DNA of 64,000 nt from a virus. Shown piece by piece: positions 25,317 to 34,538 of the stretch (its first letter is position 1; the number at the start of each line of letters is the position of its first letter). Under the pieces are notes generated by a model that saw only the letters and a list, made by a program, of their open reading frames with translations, did no database searches and was not told where the DNA came from. The stretch lies in the IMG/VR virus record IMGVR_UViG_3300045919_000305, positions 1 through 64,000 of that record; one strand, written 5' to 3'. The translations under genes were made by a program, and so were the position numbers.

Positions 25317-27662
25317 CTATTGCTGGATAGATCCTAAATCAAATGGCGCTTCAGGATGCTTAGCATTAAAGGCCGCGACTGCGCTCTGCTTCCATTCCGG
25401 TGAACGGTTAGGGTCCTGCATGGCTGCGGTTAACGCTTGCGTCCGAACTTGTCGAGCCTGCGCGTCGGCTGCGGGGTTTAATTCCTGCCCTGTGCGTTGA
25501 TCAAAGGTGTGAGCTTCGCTTCGGGTGCCTAACAACGGGTTAGCCGGATCAATAGGGACTTGCAGGATCTTGGTCACGTTATTTGTTTTTTGCGCCAATT
25601 CTTGTTTTTTCAAGTCGCGATCCGCTTCGTCTTTTTGACGGTCATAGGCGGCTTTAGATTCACCTGATTTCATGGTGTGCTCAAGCTGCTTGTTTTGGAA
25701 ATCAGCTTGCTGTTTGCTTTGTATCAGGTGAGCGCGGATACCTAACAGCTCTTTAGCGGCGTTCTGACGGCGTTTCGCGTTGCCAAATTGGGAAGGTGTC
25801 ATGTCGCCAGTAGCCCCGCCATTCAAAGCGATATCCTGAAGTCTATCAATCTCCGAGGGTTGTGTCGGCTTTCCGTCCCCGTACTTAGCCGTTTGCGCGG
25901 CAGTATTGGCCGCGTCTCTTGCGAAACGAGCTTCTTTTTCTGGGTTACTTAAACCACCAGAGGCCACCATTGCGTTAACGCGTTTAATTCCCGCGGTATT
26001 GCCCGATTTAATGTAACTTCCACCGCCCAAATTCGCGTAATTAGAATCGTTTGGCATCAAGGTTTGGCCACCGGGCTGTTCCGCAGGTATAGCGGGAGTT
26101 TGTGGCGCTGGTTTTTGTTCTGCGGCGGGTGCTTCAGCCGGTGCGGGTGCTTCAGCGGGAGGCGCTACGGTAGCCGCTCGGGTAATAGGTGGGGCCTCTG
26201 GGTGTAGGGCATCGTAAGCCGCTCCACCTAGTGCGGTTCCTGTGATATTAGCGTTCTCTAAAAACCGATTTCCGGCTGCGGCAAAAGGCTTGGCGATTGC
26301 GTCGGTCACTTTATGGATACCGCCCCGAATAGGTGCTGCGATTGCTTCCCGTATCGGGTTAACGCCGCCGGAAGCCAGTACCTTCGCCGCTTGCTGGTCG
26401 CCATGCGCCGCTCGAACTTTTAAATATTCATCTTCCTGTTTAGGCTCTGTAGCGATATTGGCAAGCTCTGTTGCGCCGCCTAAAGCGCCTAAAGGCTTGG
26501 CCACAGCGCCGACTAAACTCTTACCTGCAGTCGCCGCCAATCGTCCAGTCGTTGCCGCGCCAGATTTAAGGTTATTTAGCGCCTCGGTTCCTGACATGCT
26601 GCCTTCTGCAAAAGACCCTGCAGGCTGTGCGGCTGGCGCTACGGGTTCGTGAGCGGCCATCGAGAACTCTGCGGGCGCATTTTGGGGCGCTAAAGATAAA
26701 CCCGACATGGGCTCATACCCAGGTTTCATATTCGGCGCTTCGATGGGCGCTCTAGGCGGGTTTTTGATCGCGTGTTCTGCTTGGGATAAATTTTGTATGC
26801 CAGGAACCGTGCCCTTTCCGGAAGTGCCCACCGTGTCGTAGTTTTGAGCTGCTAACTCTTCCGCGCTCGGCGTAAAGCTGCCCACATTGGCCCTAGTACC
26901 GCCAGTAATTTTAGGTGCTGGCGCGGCTGGGGTTTTGTCAAAACCTCCAGTTAACTTCTCCGGGTTCATCTTTTGGCCTGCGATTTCGTCTTCCGTTGGG
27001 ACAAAGCCCCCGTTAGCGAAACCCTGCAGATCCGTGTTTTCCAACATGGAGATATTACCGACTTGACTGGGCATAGAGTTTTGAAACATCTTAGCTTGCT
27101 GGTCAGCATCGGTTTGGCCAGTAGCGGACCGCATCGCGAAAATCCCGCCTTTCACTTTACCGCCGTCTTGAAAACCCTGCAATTGTCCCCCTCCGAATTG
27201 GTTGTTTTTTAGGGGTGCCGTGGATCCGACAAAGCCTGTATCTAAGCTGCCTATGGAAGACGTGTCGTAAACGGGTTTAACCGCCGCGCCGATAGCGGAT
27301 TGCGAGCCGTTATCACCCATGATTTGTTTAGCCGTATTATAGGAATTGTCAAACTCAACGGGAGCGACCGGCTTAGGCGCGCCGATACTGCCGGAATCCG
27401 TGCTTAACGTTGGTGCTGAATTCAGACTGAAAGGCGCACTTCCTGGCGTCTGTCTGTCAGAGAAGGAGTTCCCGTTTCGATAAATGCCCGATACCGAACC
27501 GCCGTTTTGATAGCCTTGGACTGAATTTCTCATCTTTAAACCTGCTTGGTTCGCTTTCATTAATTTATCGCCGCCAACCAGATTAACGGCCTCACGATTC
27601 ATGACAATCTCGCCTGGGGTTAGCATTGCGGGTACAGTATCAGTTGGGCCGGGTTTTGGCAT
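25317..27662 (-). CDS. virion internal/ejection protein candidate (781 aa)
   Basis: N-terminal TDTVPAMLTPGEIVMNREAV; three QG[YF]xxGG motifs; long Ala/Pro/Gly-rich low-complexity stretches; position next to the giant gene. Confidence 0.5.
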   Translation of the reverse strand: MPKPGPTDTVPAMLTPGEIVMNREAVNLVGGDKLMKANQAGLKMRNSVQGYQNGGSVSGIYRNGNSFSDRQTPGSAPFSLNSAPTLSTDSGSIGAPKPVAPVEFDNSYNTAKQIMGDNGSQSAIGAAVKPVYDTSSIGSLDTGFVGSTAPLKNNQFGGGQLQGFQDGGKVKGGIFAMRSATGQTDADQQAKMFQNSMPSQVGNISMLENTDLQGFANGGFVPTEDEIAGQKMNPEKLTGGFDKTPAAPAPKITGGTRANVGSFTPSAEELAAQNYDTVGTSGKGTVPGIQNLSQAEHAIKNPPRAPIEAPNMKPGYEPMSGLSLAPQNAPAEFSMAAHEPVAPAAQPAGSFAEGSMSGTEALNNLKSGAATTGRLAATAGKSLVGAVAKPLGALGGATELANIATEPKQEDEYLKVRAAHGDQQAAKVLASGGVNPIREAIAAPIRGGIHKVTDAIAKPFAAAGNRFLENANITGTALGGAAYDALHPEAPPITRAATVAPPAEAPAPAEAPAAEQKPAPQTPAIPAEQPGGQTLMPNDSNYANLGGGSYIKSGNTAGIKRVNAMVASGGLSNPEKEARFARDAANTAAQTAKYGDGKPTQPSEIDRLQDIALNGGATGDMTPSQFGNAKRRQNAAKELLGIRAHLIQSKQQADFQNKQLEHTMKSGESKAAYDRQKDEADRDLKKQELAQKTNNVTKILQVPIDPANPLLGTRSEAHTFDQRTGQELNPAADAQARQVRTQALTAAMQDPNRSPEWKQSAVAAFNAKHPEAPFDLGSIQQ

Positions 27663-27691
27663 GGTCGTATCTCTGGGTGTGGTTATCGGTT

Positions 27692-27699
27692 ATTATAGC
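27692..27699 (-). promoter_or_regulatory. GCTATAAT box upstream of the 781-aa gene
   Basis: Minus strand CGCTATAAT-N13-ACCCAGAGATACGACCATG. Confidence 0.35.
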
Positions 27700-27707
27700 G
27701 GATATCC

Positions 27708-29156
27708 TTAGAATTTAGTATGTGTTAGGGATACAGGCGCCCGAACTAGTCCAAAAGTAACGTCGGAGAATATATCTAACGATGGGTCTAACACCTTATA
27801 GGTATTGCTTACCGTGTTAACAACAAGGGTAAACCCAACACTAAAAACGCTCAACGACTTGAATGCGCAAATAACCAAAGTGTCTTTCAGCTCCGCATAA
27901 TTGGCGTACCCAAAGCCAAGGGCAGTCCAATCATACCCATCTGCGGGTGGTATGATTGTTCCATAAAGGTTTAGCACCGACCCATTTATGTGAAGCCGGT
28001 TAGTTTCGTTCCCTGATGAATCGGAGACGTTAACTAAGGCGATAGCAAAACGTGCAGAGAAGTAAACGGGCGACCCCCCGGATACCCCGACTGACACTTT
28101 AAGTTTTAATACCCGATTCAACAGTCCGCTTGACAACGAACACACCCAGAGCTCCCTCCCACCGATACCTAACTCCGCGTGGGTTACGGCTACGAGGGAA
28201 AAACCTAACCCCTCTTCCCGTATTTTCTGCGCAAAAGTTGTTCCACTACCCAAGCCGGAGGTATTTACAATAGACGTAGTGACCGTATTGTAATCGCTTG
28301 AAAAGGTTAATACCTTTATCTGGTCCGCTATCGGTATATGGGCTATCGCGGTAGCATCTGTAGTAAAATTTGTTACCGTGTTAACCGTGGAGACTGTAAC
28401 CCCTGTGCTAAAAAGGGTAATGTGAAATGAAGCGCGTCCTCCTAGTGAAGTGAAGCTTATCCGATCGTCTACCAACACTGTGCCCGCCGTTACTGGTGAA
28501 CCTTTTATAGCACCGTAAAACTGTAAGGTGTTTGTCTTAGTACCCACGTCCTCTACCAACAACCCTATGACGTAATCGAAGGTTGAACCCAGGGGAAATA
28601 TAGTCTTATCTGGCGCTATAAAACCCGTAGAGAGTATGGTTCCCGACGGTAACGTGGGTTGCCCCCATCGGCCCCCTATATACAGGGTAACAGTAGCCGA
28701 ACCCGAACCCGTCCATGAAATAGCTACTTTTTTTTCATCAGACCAATAAGGTCTACTTGCTATAGTGCTTGATACCGTATGGTACCCGTCCCCGGCATAA
28801 ACGGCGTCAACTTTTCGCTTGCTCAATCCTTTGTATAAAAATCGGCTTTTAAACTCATTGTATACGGGAGTGCCAATTACCGGGTAAACCCCTGCGCCAC
28901 TGCTAATATCTTCGATGGTTACGAACAGCCCCCCACTCGCCGCAGTAATATGTATCCGATTAGGCCGAGTATCCACACGAACCGTTACCTCCGTAGTCGG
29001 CGCGTAAGACGCGGTTAACGGCCCCGCTGTGCTCTGTAACATGTGCGCGAGCTGCGCTTTAGCATACCCCAACCATTGTGCCGCTAAAATAGGATCCCCC
29101 TCGAAGGTAGTAGAAGCGGCTAGGGAATCTTGCCAAAGGCGGGTATTGCGGGACAT
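27708..29156 (-). CDS. virion structural protein, unknown role (482 aa)
   Basis: One-nt TAATG overlap with the upstream gene; beta-rich Thr/Ser/Gly composition. Confidence 0.55.
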   Translation of the reverse strand: MSRNTRLWQDSLAASTTFEGDPILAAQWLGYAKAQLAHMLQSTAGPLTASYAPTTEVTVRVDTRPNRIHITAASGGLFVTIEDISSGAGVYPVIGTPVYNEFKSRFLYKGLSKRKVDAVYAGDGYHTVSSTIASRPYWSDEKKVAISWTGSGSATVTLYIGGRWGQPTLPSGTILSTGFIAPDKTIFPLGSTFDYVIGLLVEDVGTKTNTLQFYGAIKGSPVTAGTVLVDDRISFTSLGGRASFHITLFSTGVTVSTVNTVTNFTTDATAIAHIPIADQIKVLTFSSDYNTVTTSIVNTSGLGSGTTFAQKIREEGLGFSLVAVTHAELGIGGRELWVCSLSSGLLNRVLKLKVSVGVSGGSPVYFSARFAIALVNVSDSSGNETNRLHINGSVLNLYGTIIPPADGYDWTALGFGYANYAELKDTLVICAFKSLSVFSVGFTLVVNTVSNTYKVLDPSLDIFSDVTFGLVRAPVSLTHTKF

Positions 29157-31060
29157 TATGCCGTGGTAGCCAAAGATACCATACTATTAAGCGATTGAAG
29201 GGCTGCAGAGGCCATGTTACTATAACCGGACGCTATGGCCTCAGTCTTTTTCAAATCTAATTCCGTATACCCTTGTTGCAACCGGTAGAAGTTTGAAAGA
29301 GATTCGACACTCCCTTTAAACGCTTCGATTCGGGCGGTAATAAAGGCGATGTCTTTCTGCAAAGCGCCTTTATAGACTTCCAAATTTGCTTCGACGTTGG
29401 TTTTATAAACGTCCAGACCGAGTTTCTTGATCTCCGCTTCCGCTGTAAATTTTTGCAAAGCGATTTCAGCGGTTGTTTTATAAGCGTCAATCTGTGCGCT
29501 GTATTGCGTTATTTTTGCGACGTTGGTTTTAACATCCGCATCAAGGATCGTTTTTTGAACGTCCACTTGCAACGTTACGGCTTTCAATTGTGCTTCATAA
29601 ATGCTGAGTTTGGAAAGTTCCCCTTCCAGCTTTGCTTTATCCCCTTCGATGGCCGCTTTGTAGGCTTCAAAAGCTGCGACTCGCGCCCTGACACTGGTTT
29701 CAAAAACTTGTGCCCGAACAGCGTACTCTTTGATTCGCAGCTCTTCTACCGAAGCGCGTTTAGTTATGGCGTCGATGATTGCGCTGTATCGCTGAACCTG
29801 TAATTGCTGCACATCGACTTGAATCTTAGCGCCTTCGATCTGTTTAAATTCGACATCCGCGCGGAGCTTCAATGCCTCCAAGCTGACCTTATACCCCTCC
29901 AAGCCTGACAAAGCAGCTTTCAATTTGACTTCGTATTGATCGTTCAAGGCTTTCATCACGGCCAGCGCGAATTCATGGCGTGATTTTTCATGCTCAAATA
30001 CGGTGATCAGCTTATCCGTTATTTCTTTTGATAGCGTTGTAGCATTTTGAATCATCCCTAAGCCGGTCTGTGCGTACTGAACAGCTAAGCTGCGCACCTG
30101 TTGCATTTGCGTTGAGGCCAGATTCATTACGAATTGAAGGTGCTGGATCTCTGCTTTACGGCGTTCAATGTAAACGTCCGTTGATACGCCGGCCAAGGTT
30201 TTTGCACCCTCGATTCGGGCTTTGTTCAAAGCCGAAACCGTAGCGCCTGGAGGAATGATGAATCCACGTTTATCGCCCTGGGCAAAAGTTGTCGCTTCGG
30301 AGGCTTTATATTCCACCTCGGCTCGCGCTCGCGCTCTGGAATATAGGGCCGCTTCGAACTGATCGGGTAAAATGCTGTTATTCATCCCCGCTAAAATCTT
30401 TGCGTTAATCGCGTCCCGTTGGGAATAATATTCTGGTGCGTATTTCGATACCCAGCCATCCACCACATCATCGATAAACGATTTCATGATGGGCAATGCC
30501 GCATCGTATTTCGCTTTCATATAATCCGCGTAATTTGTCGGCGCCGGGATTGCTTCGGGTGTCGCTATCGGTTCGTAACTCGGTAATTGTAGTGCCGGTG
30601 GTGTTCCGATATTGATAGGAGTTATCTGCGGGATGTTAACATCCATCAGGACCGGCTTGGCCGTATTCACCAAATCGTTATAGATATCCTCGACGTGAAG
30701 ATCGGGGGCGGCTTCGTTCCAATCAGGCATAACGCTAGAGGGGAGTGTTTCAGTGAATAGCCCTGTCGTATTTATCGTCGGTGCGGTAGGTAAACCTGGG
30801 GAGGCGATTGTTGGTAAGTCAACTAGGATCGGAACCCCTGGTAACGTCCCATTAGGCGGTGTGTACGTCGGCAACGGTGTAGTATCTGCAGGCGTTGCCG
30901 TATACGCAGAAACAAAATCTGTTGGTGCTACCCCGAAGGACGTATACCCTATAGTGCCCCGTTTACCGTCTATCTCAGCTATAGCGCCCGCTGCGGCGGC
31001 TGCAAAAGTATCTGCGCGATCGACCGCAATACCCACTAATTGATCTACTGAAGCCGCCAT
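29156..31060 (-). CDS. coiled-coil virion protein (internal/ejection or tape-measure-like), 634 aa
   Basis: Pro/Thr-rich N-third, then about 350 aa of heptad-like Ala/Glu/Lys/Gln-rich sequence; coupled to both neighbours. Confidence 0.5.
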   Translation of the reverse strand: MAASVDQLVGIAVDRADTFAAAAAGAIAEIDGKRGTIGYTSFGVAPTDFVSAYTATPADTTPLPTYTPPNGTLPGVPILVDLPTIASPGLPTAPTINTTGLFTETLPSSVMPDWNEAAPDLHVEDIYNDLVNTAKPVLMDVNIPQITPINIGTPPALQLPSYEPIATPEAIPAPTNYADYMKAKYDAALPIMKSFIDDVVDGWVSKYAPEYYSQRDAINAKILAGMNNSILPDQFEAALYSRARARAEVEYKASEATTFAQGDKRGFIIPPGATVSALNKARIEGAKTLAGVSTDVYIERRKAEIQHLQFVMNLASTQMQQVRSLAVQYAQTGLGMIQNATTLSKEITDKLITVFEHEKSRHEFALAVMKALNDQYEVKLKAALSGLEGYKVSLEALKLRADVEFKQIEGAKIQVDVQQLQVQRYSAIIDAITKRASVEELRIKEYAVRAQVFETSVRARVAAFEAYKAAIEGDKAKLEGELSKLSIYEAQLKAVTLQVDVQKTILDADVKTNVAKITQYSAQIDAYKTTAEIALQKFTAEAEIKKLGLDVYKTNVEANLEVYKGALQKDIAFITARIEAFKGSVESLSNFYRLQQGYTELDLKKTEAIASGYSNMASAALQSLNSMVSLATTA

Positions 31061-32985
31061 TATTTAACCCGCCTTTGTAATTGGTCTGGTAGATATTCTA
31101 CCCCTTGCAAATGTTCTATACCTTCTATTTTAAAAGCCCAATAACGTCCCTTATTACCCCGGCCTGGATGCGCTTTTCGCCCTTTGAAAGTCGATTTTAC
31201 GCTCGGCTTATTAACTCCATCCACGATGGGTGTCACTTTATAAGTGTCGTCCCCATTGAGGTAAACGTAAGGGACATTTTTAGATTGGAAGATACCGAAA
31301 TCATCTTCCATTGTTATTATCGTTCCGTTAATAGCCGCCGTCAAATCCGTATTACCGTCCAATAAATATAGCCCATCCGATTTGACCCCATAGGATTTCC
31401 CGCCTATGGTTGCAATGTGCATAAATGGGTAATTGACGTACCGCGTAACCGCGTTATTTACCACATTCATCACCAAAGCTTCTGTATTTACCGAAGCGCT
31501 CGCAAACTGGATAACTGGAAACGTCGCGATGCCTTGTCCGGTTATCGTTAATTTCGAAAGCCCTGAAGAAAAGCCTCCGCCTATAACGGTAATCGTCGCC
31601 GGTGCTAAAGCGTAAGAGCTTAAAACCGTTCCAAACCCTCGGCCTGTTACCGTAATCGTCTCACTCGTTAACGCGGAATACCCTAAAGACGATCCGAAAC
31701 CTCGTCCGGTAACTACCGAGCCCCCGTATATTTGTGGAGAAGTCGAAATGCCTCCGCCAGATACGTTGATAACCGCTGGCGCAGAATAGCTAAAACCGAG
31801 TTGCGTCGCTAACCCGCGCCCCGTGACGGTAAATTCGTTATTAGCGAGTACCGTAATTACTGGAGTTTGTGTGAACCCCTGCCCGGTGGCTATTCCACCA
31901 CCAAATACCTGGGGTGTAGTAGAAAAGCCCCGTCCTGTTACGGTATTTGGAAAATCCGGGGTGATTGCTATTATAGGGAACGGAGTAGAAAATCCGCGTC
32001 CAGAAATGTTAACGTTAGGTACATTCAGTGCCGAATGAAACCCACGTCCTGTTGTATTAATGCTGGCGGCATTGAATAACGCTACCCCTCCTAAAAGCGA
32101 CATGGGTAAGGAAGCCGGAGTTCCTGTAAACGGGGTATTCGTCGTCGTTATGACAGTAGGAATATATCCAGAAGCTACAATACCTAACGAAGTCGGGGTA
32201 TCCGTATACGGCAATGTCGCGATACCCGCTGCTGTATTACGAGTAGGGGCGATAACCCCAGCTAACGGATTGAGGTACAGATCCCGTACTTCCGACTGGG
32301 ATAATTTCCTATTATATAGCCTTAGGTAGTCAAACGTGGTATCTGCGTTGCCTGTACCTCCTATTCTGCTAGTTGTTGGAGTGCCAACGGTAGTACCTGA
32401 TGTCGCTGCGGTCGCATATAAAACCCCATCGATGTACAAAACCCAGTCAGAAGCCGTTGTACTGTTAGGACTGTTACCTGTCAGCACGTAATTTCGGTAT
32501 TTCCCTACACCCGATGCCTGTGTAGGCATTGTCGAAGACTTTATCGGTTGTCCTGCAGTAGCAGGCGCGCGCCCCCAATAAAGAGGCCCTACCGCTTGAT
32601 CATTAGTAGCCGTTATGTGGAAATAGTCGGAAGTCCCTGCCAGCTTTAAAGTGAGCCGACCCATCGTAGTTGTGGATGTACCAGTATCTTTAGTACGCCA
32701 ACACACACTAAAGGGTTGCCCTGTAGTTAGAAAGGTTCCTGTACTTAGGTCTATAACTGCCGTTGTAGCATTTAATAGGACTTGACTACCTGTGTCCCCC
32801 GATACGTGGACGGGTGTGTTGGTATGTGCGCCTGTAATACGCCCCACTAAATCAACAGACGAAGTACCGCTAGGTTCGTTTAAAACCCAATAATTTAACA
32901 GTCCTACCGATAAGGGGTGCGCTTTATTTAAGTACGGCTTTCCAAGCGGTTTAATCCTTGTTTTTGGATTGGAGTTCAGTGCCAT
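31060..32985 (-). CDS. LamG-like (concanavalin-type) domain tail/fibre protein with [TS]G[RQG]G[FIL] repeats
   Basis: LNYWVLNEPSG ... FDYLRLYNRKLSQSEVRDLYLNP is the typical LamG_3 frame; about 11 TGRGF-type repeats at aa 311-490. Confidence 0.55.
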   Translation of the reverse strand: MALNSNPKTRIKPLGKPYLNKAHPLSVGLLNYWVLNEPSGTSSVDLVGRITGAHTNTPVHVSGDTGSQVLLNATTAVIDLSTGTFLTTGQPFSVCWRTKDTGTSTTTMGRLTLKLAGTSDYFHITATNDQAVGPLYWGRAPATAGQPIKSSTMPTQASGVGKYRNYVLTGNSPNSTTASDWVLYIDGVLYATAATSGTTVGTPTTSRIGGTGNADTTFDYLRLYNRKLSQSEVRDLYLNPLAGVIAPTRNTAAGIATLPYTDTPTSLGIVASGYIPTVITTTNTPFTGTPASLPMSLLGGVALFNAASINTTGRGFHSALNVPNVNISGRGFSTPFPIIAITPDFPNTVTGRGFSTTPQVFGGGIATGQGFTQTPVITVLANNEFTVTGRGLATQLGFSYSAPAVINVSGGGISTSPQIYGGSVVTGRGFGSSLGYSALTSETITVTGRGFGTVLSSYALAPATITVIGGGFSSGLSKLTITGQGIATFPVIQFASASVNTEALVMNVVNNAVTRYVNYPFMHIATIGGKSYGVKSDGLYLLDGNTDLTAAINGTIITMEDDFGIFQSKNVPYVYLNGDDTYKVTPIVDGVNKPSVKSTFKGRKAHPGRGNKGRYWAFKIEGIEHLQGVEYLPDQLQRRVK

Positions 32986-33491
32986 TAAATTACGCTTTGC
33001 TTAATGCCTTGGAATTGCTGACCTGCGGTATTAGAGGCGTGTAAAGCTACCCCCGTGTTTTGGCTTATGTAAATTCCCCAAAAAGGGGGGAGAACCGTTA
33101 AGCCTAACGCCGTAGCAACACTTACCGGGCCGTAATAATACGTCCTGTTTGAGGTTGTAGAATCTACAAACATCGTTGCCGCCAACCTCATAAACCCGTC
33201 CCGCATACCTGCGGATGTTAAGGTTACGGTAGCATCCGTGCCGCCAATGGTATCCAGTGAGGTAAAAGCACTGTAGCTACCCCATACATAGACGTTTATG
33301 CTCGTGTTGATCGTAGGTGTCGTGCCTACACTGACCGTCCCCATCACGAGGGCATCGACATACAAATTCGTAGTATTGTCTACCCGAGTCGATTGTCTGC
33401 CGACACTAAAATCGCTACTGCTGGCTAATGAGTTAGCCGCCAGTGCAATAGCCGTAACGCCCGCACCATAATCTACTGATATTAAAGCCAT
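32985..33491 (-). CDS. small Thr/Ala/Gly-rich structural protein
   Basis: Coupled ORF in the tail region. Confidence 0.5.
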   Translation of the reverse strand: MALISVDYGAGVTAIALAANSLASSSDFSVGRQSTRVDNTTNLYVDALVMGTVSVGTTPTINTSINVYVWGSYSAFTSLDTIGGTDATVTLTSAGMRDGFMRLAATMFVDSTTSNRTYYYGPVSVATALGLTVLPPFWGIYISQNTGVALHASNTAGQQFQGIKQSVI

Positions 33492-33558
33492 ATTACACCT
33501 ATACCTTAAAAATTACTCACGCAACCTTCGTTAGTTGTAGCAACGCTACTACCCACTG

Positions 33559-34017
33559 CTAAGTTATGCTTATCCAACCCGATGTGGGCGTATTCACTGT
33601 AAAAACGTCGGCTACCGAGTTAACTGTTGATCCTGTCGTAGCGGTGTTGAGATCTACTAACCAAAGTAACTTAGCTGTGGTAGCGTAGGTTGCTGGCGTA
33701 ACTGGCTGTATGCACACTAAATACTTTGCGGTGATCGTTACGGGGTTGCCAAAAGCGGCATTGCTTGAATTCAGCCATGTCGTTCCTGATACAAACGTAA
33801 CCGTCGGGGAGCCGACGTTAATTGGCGCGCCATTACCTGATGTGATTACGTTAGCGCCTAAATCCGCTGCCGTGGTATGTGTAGCGCCAGGAGTGTAGCC
33901 ACTAGATACCAGTATGAACATGCAGCTACCAGCGGTCGCATTGTCCCACACCCTATTTCCAGTGCCCATTAATACCGAGAGCATTTGATTATACTTGGTG
34001 ACTGTTCCGACGGCCAT
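33559..34017 (-). CDS. small Thr/Ala/Gly-rich structural protein
   Basis: ORF in the late operon; composition like the 41658 and 34030 genes. Confidence 0.5.
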   Translation of the reverse strand: MAVGTVTKYNQMLSVLMGTGNRVWDNATAGSCMFILVSSGYTPGATHTTAADLGANVITSGNGAPINVGSPTVTFVSGTTWLNSSNAAFGNPVTITAKYLVCIQPVTPATYATTAKLLWLVDLNTATTGSTVNSVADVFTVNTPTSGWISIT

Positions 34018-34029
34018 ACCCGTTTCCTA

Positions 34030-34506
34030 TTAAGAAATGTTTGTAACCGGGATACTGAAGCTTTGAATAACTCCCGTTTCCCCGATGGCGTAGGTGACTT
34101 TTGACATCTGTGCATCGCCTGATGTAACCCCTACAGAAAAATCAATACGTGGAAGTGTTGTTGAAACACCACCGGCATCTGTGGGATTACCTACAAAGCG
34201 ACCATAACCAATTGTGCCGCCCGTAGAACAAACAAAAGTCCACGCTTCGGCAGAAGCTTTATCTATGGAAGCCGCCCCACCACCGGTATCGACGACTGTG
34301 CCGAAGTTGAGGCCGTTCGTTGAAGTACCTGCTGTCCAAGCGCCACCAGCTAAGGTGGCTCGGCCTAAAAACGTGCCGGTAACTGCGGCATCCGGGCTTG
34401 CGGGTTGCGCGCCAGAATAGAAATTGATAACCCCCGCAGCTAAATCAGCCTTGACAACTGAGTTGAGGAAATCGTGAAAGACTTTGGTGGAGTATCGGAA
34501 GGCCAT
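34030..34506 (-). CDS. small Thr/Ala/Gly-rich structural protein
   Basis: ORF in the late operon. Confidence 0.5.
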   Translation of the reverse strand: MAFRYSTKVFHDFLNSVVKADLAAGVINFYSGAQPASPDAAVTGTFLGRATLAGGAWTAGTSTNGLNFGTVVDTGGGAASIDKASAEAWTFVCSTGGTIGYGRFVGNPTDAGGVSTTLPRIDFSVGVTSGDAQMSKVTYAIGETGVIQSFSIPVTNIS

Positions 34507-34538
34507 GATTTATATACCTTTTTTGGTTAAAATTAAAT

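Noticed and set aside
29156-31060. Calling the 634-aa coiled-coil protein a tape measure protein, and hence a siphovirus
   Set aside because: No tail tube, sheath or chaperone-frameshift genes are recognisable nearby, and the gene sits among ejection-type proteins. It is left as an internal or coiled-coil virion protein of uncertain role.
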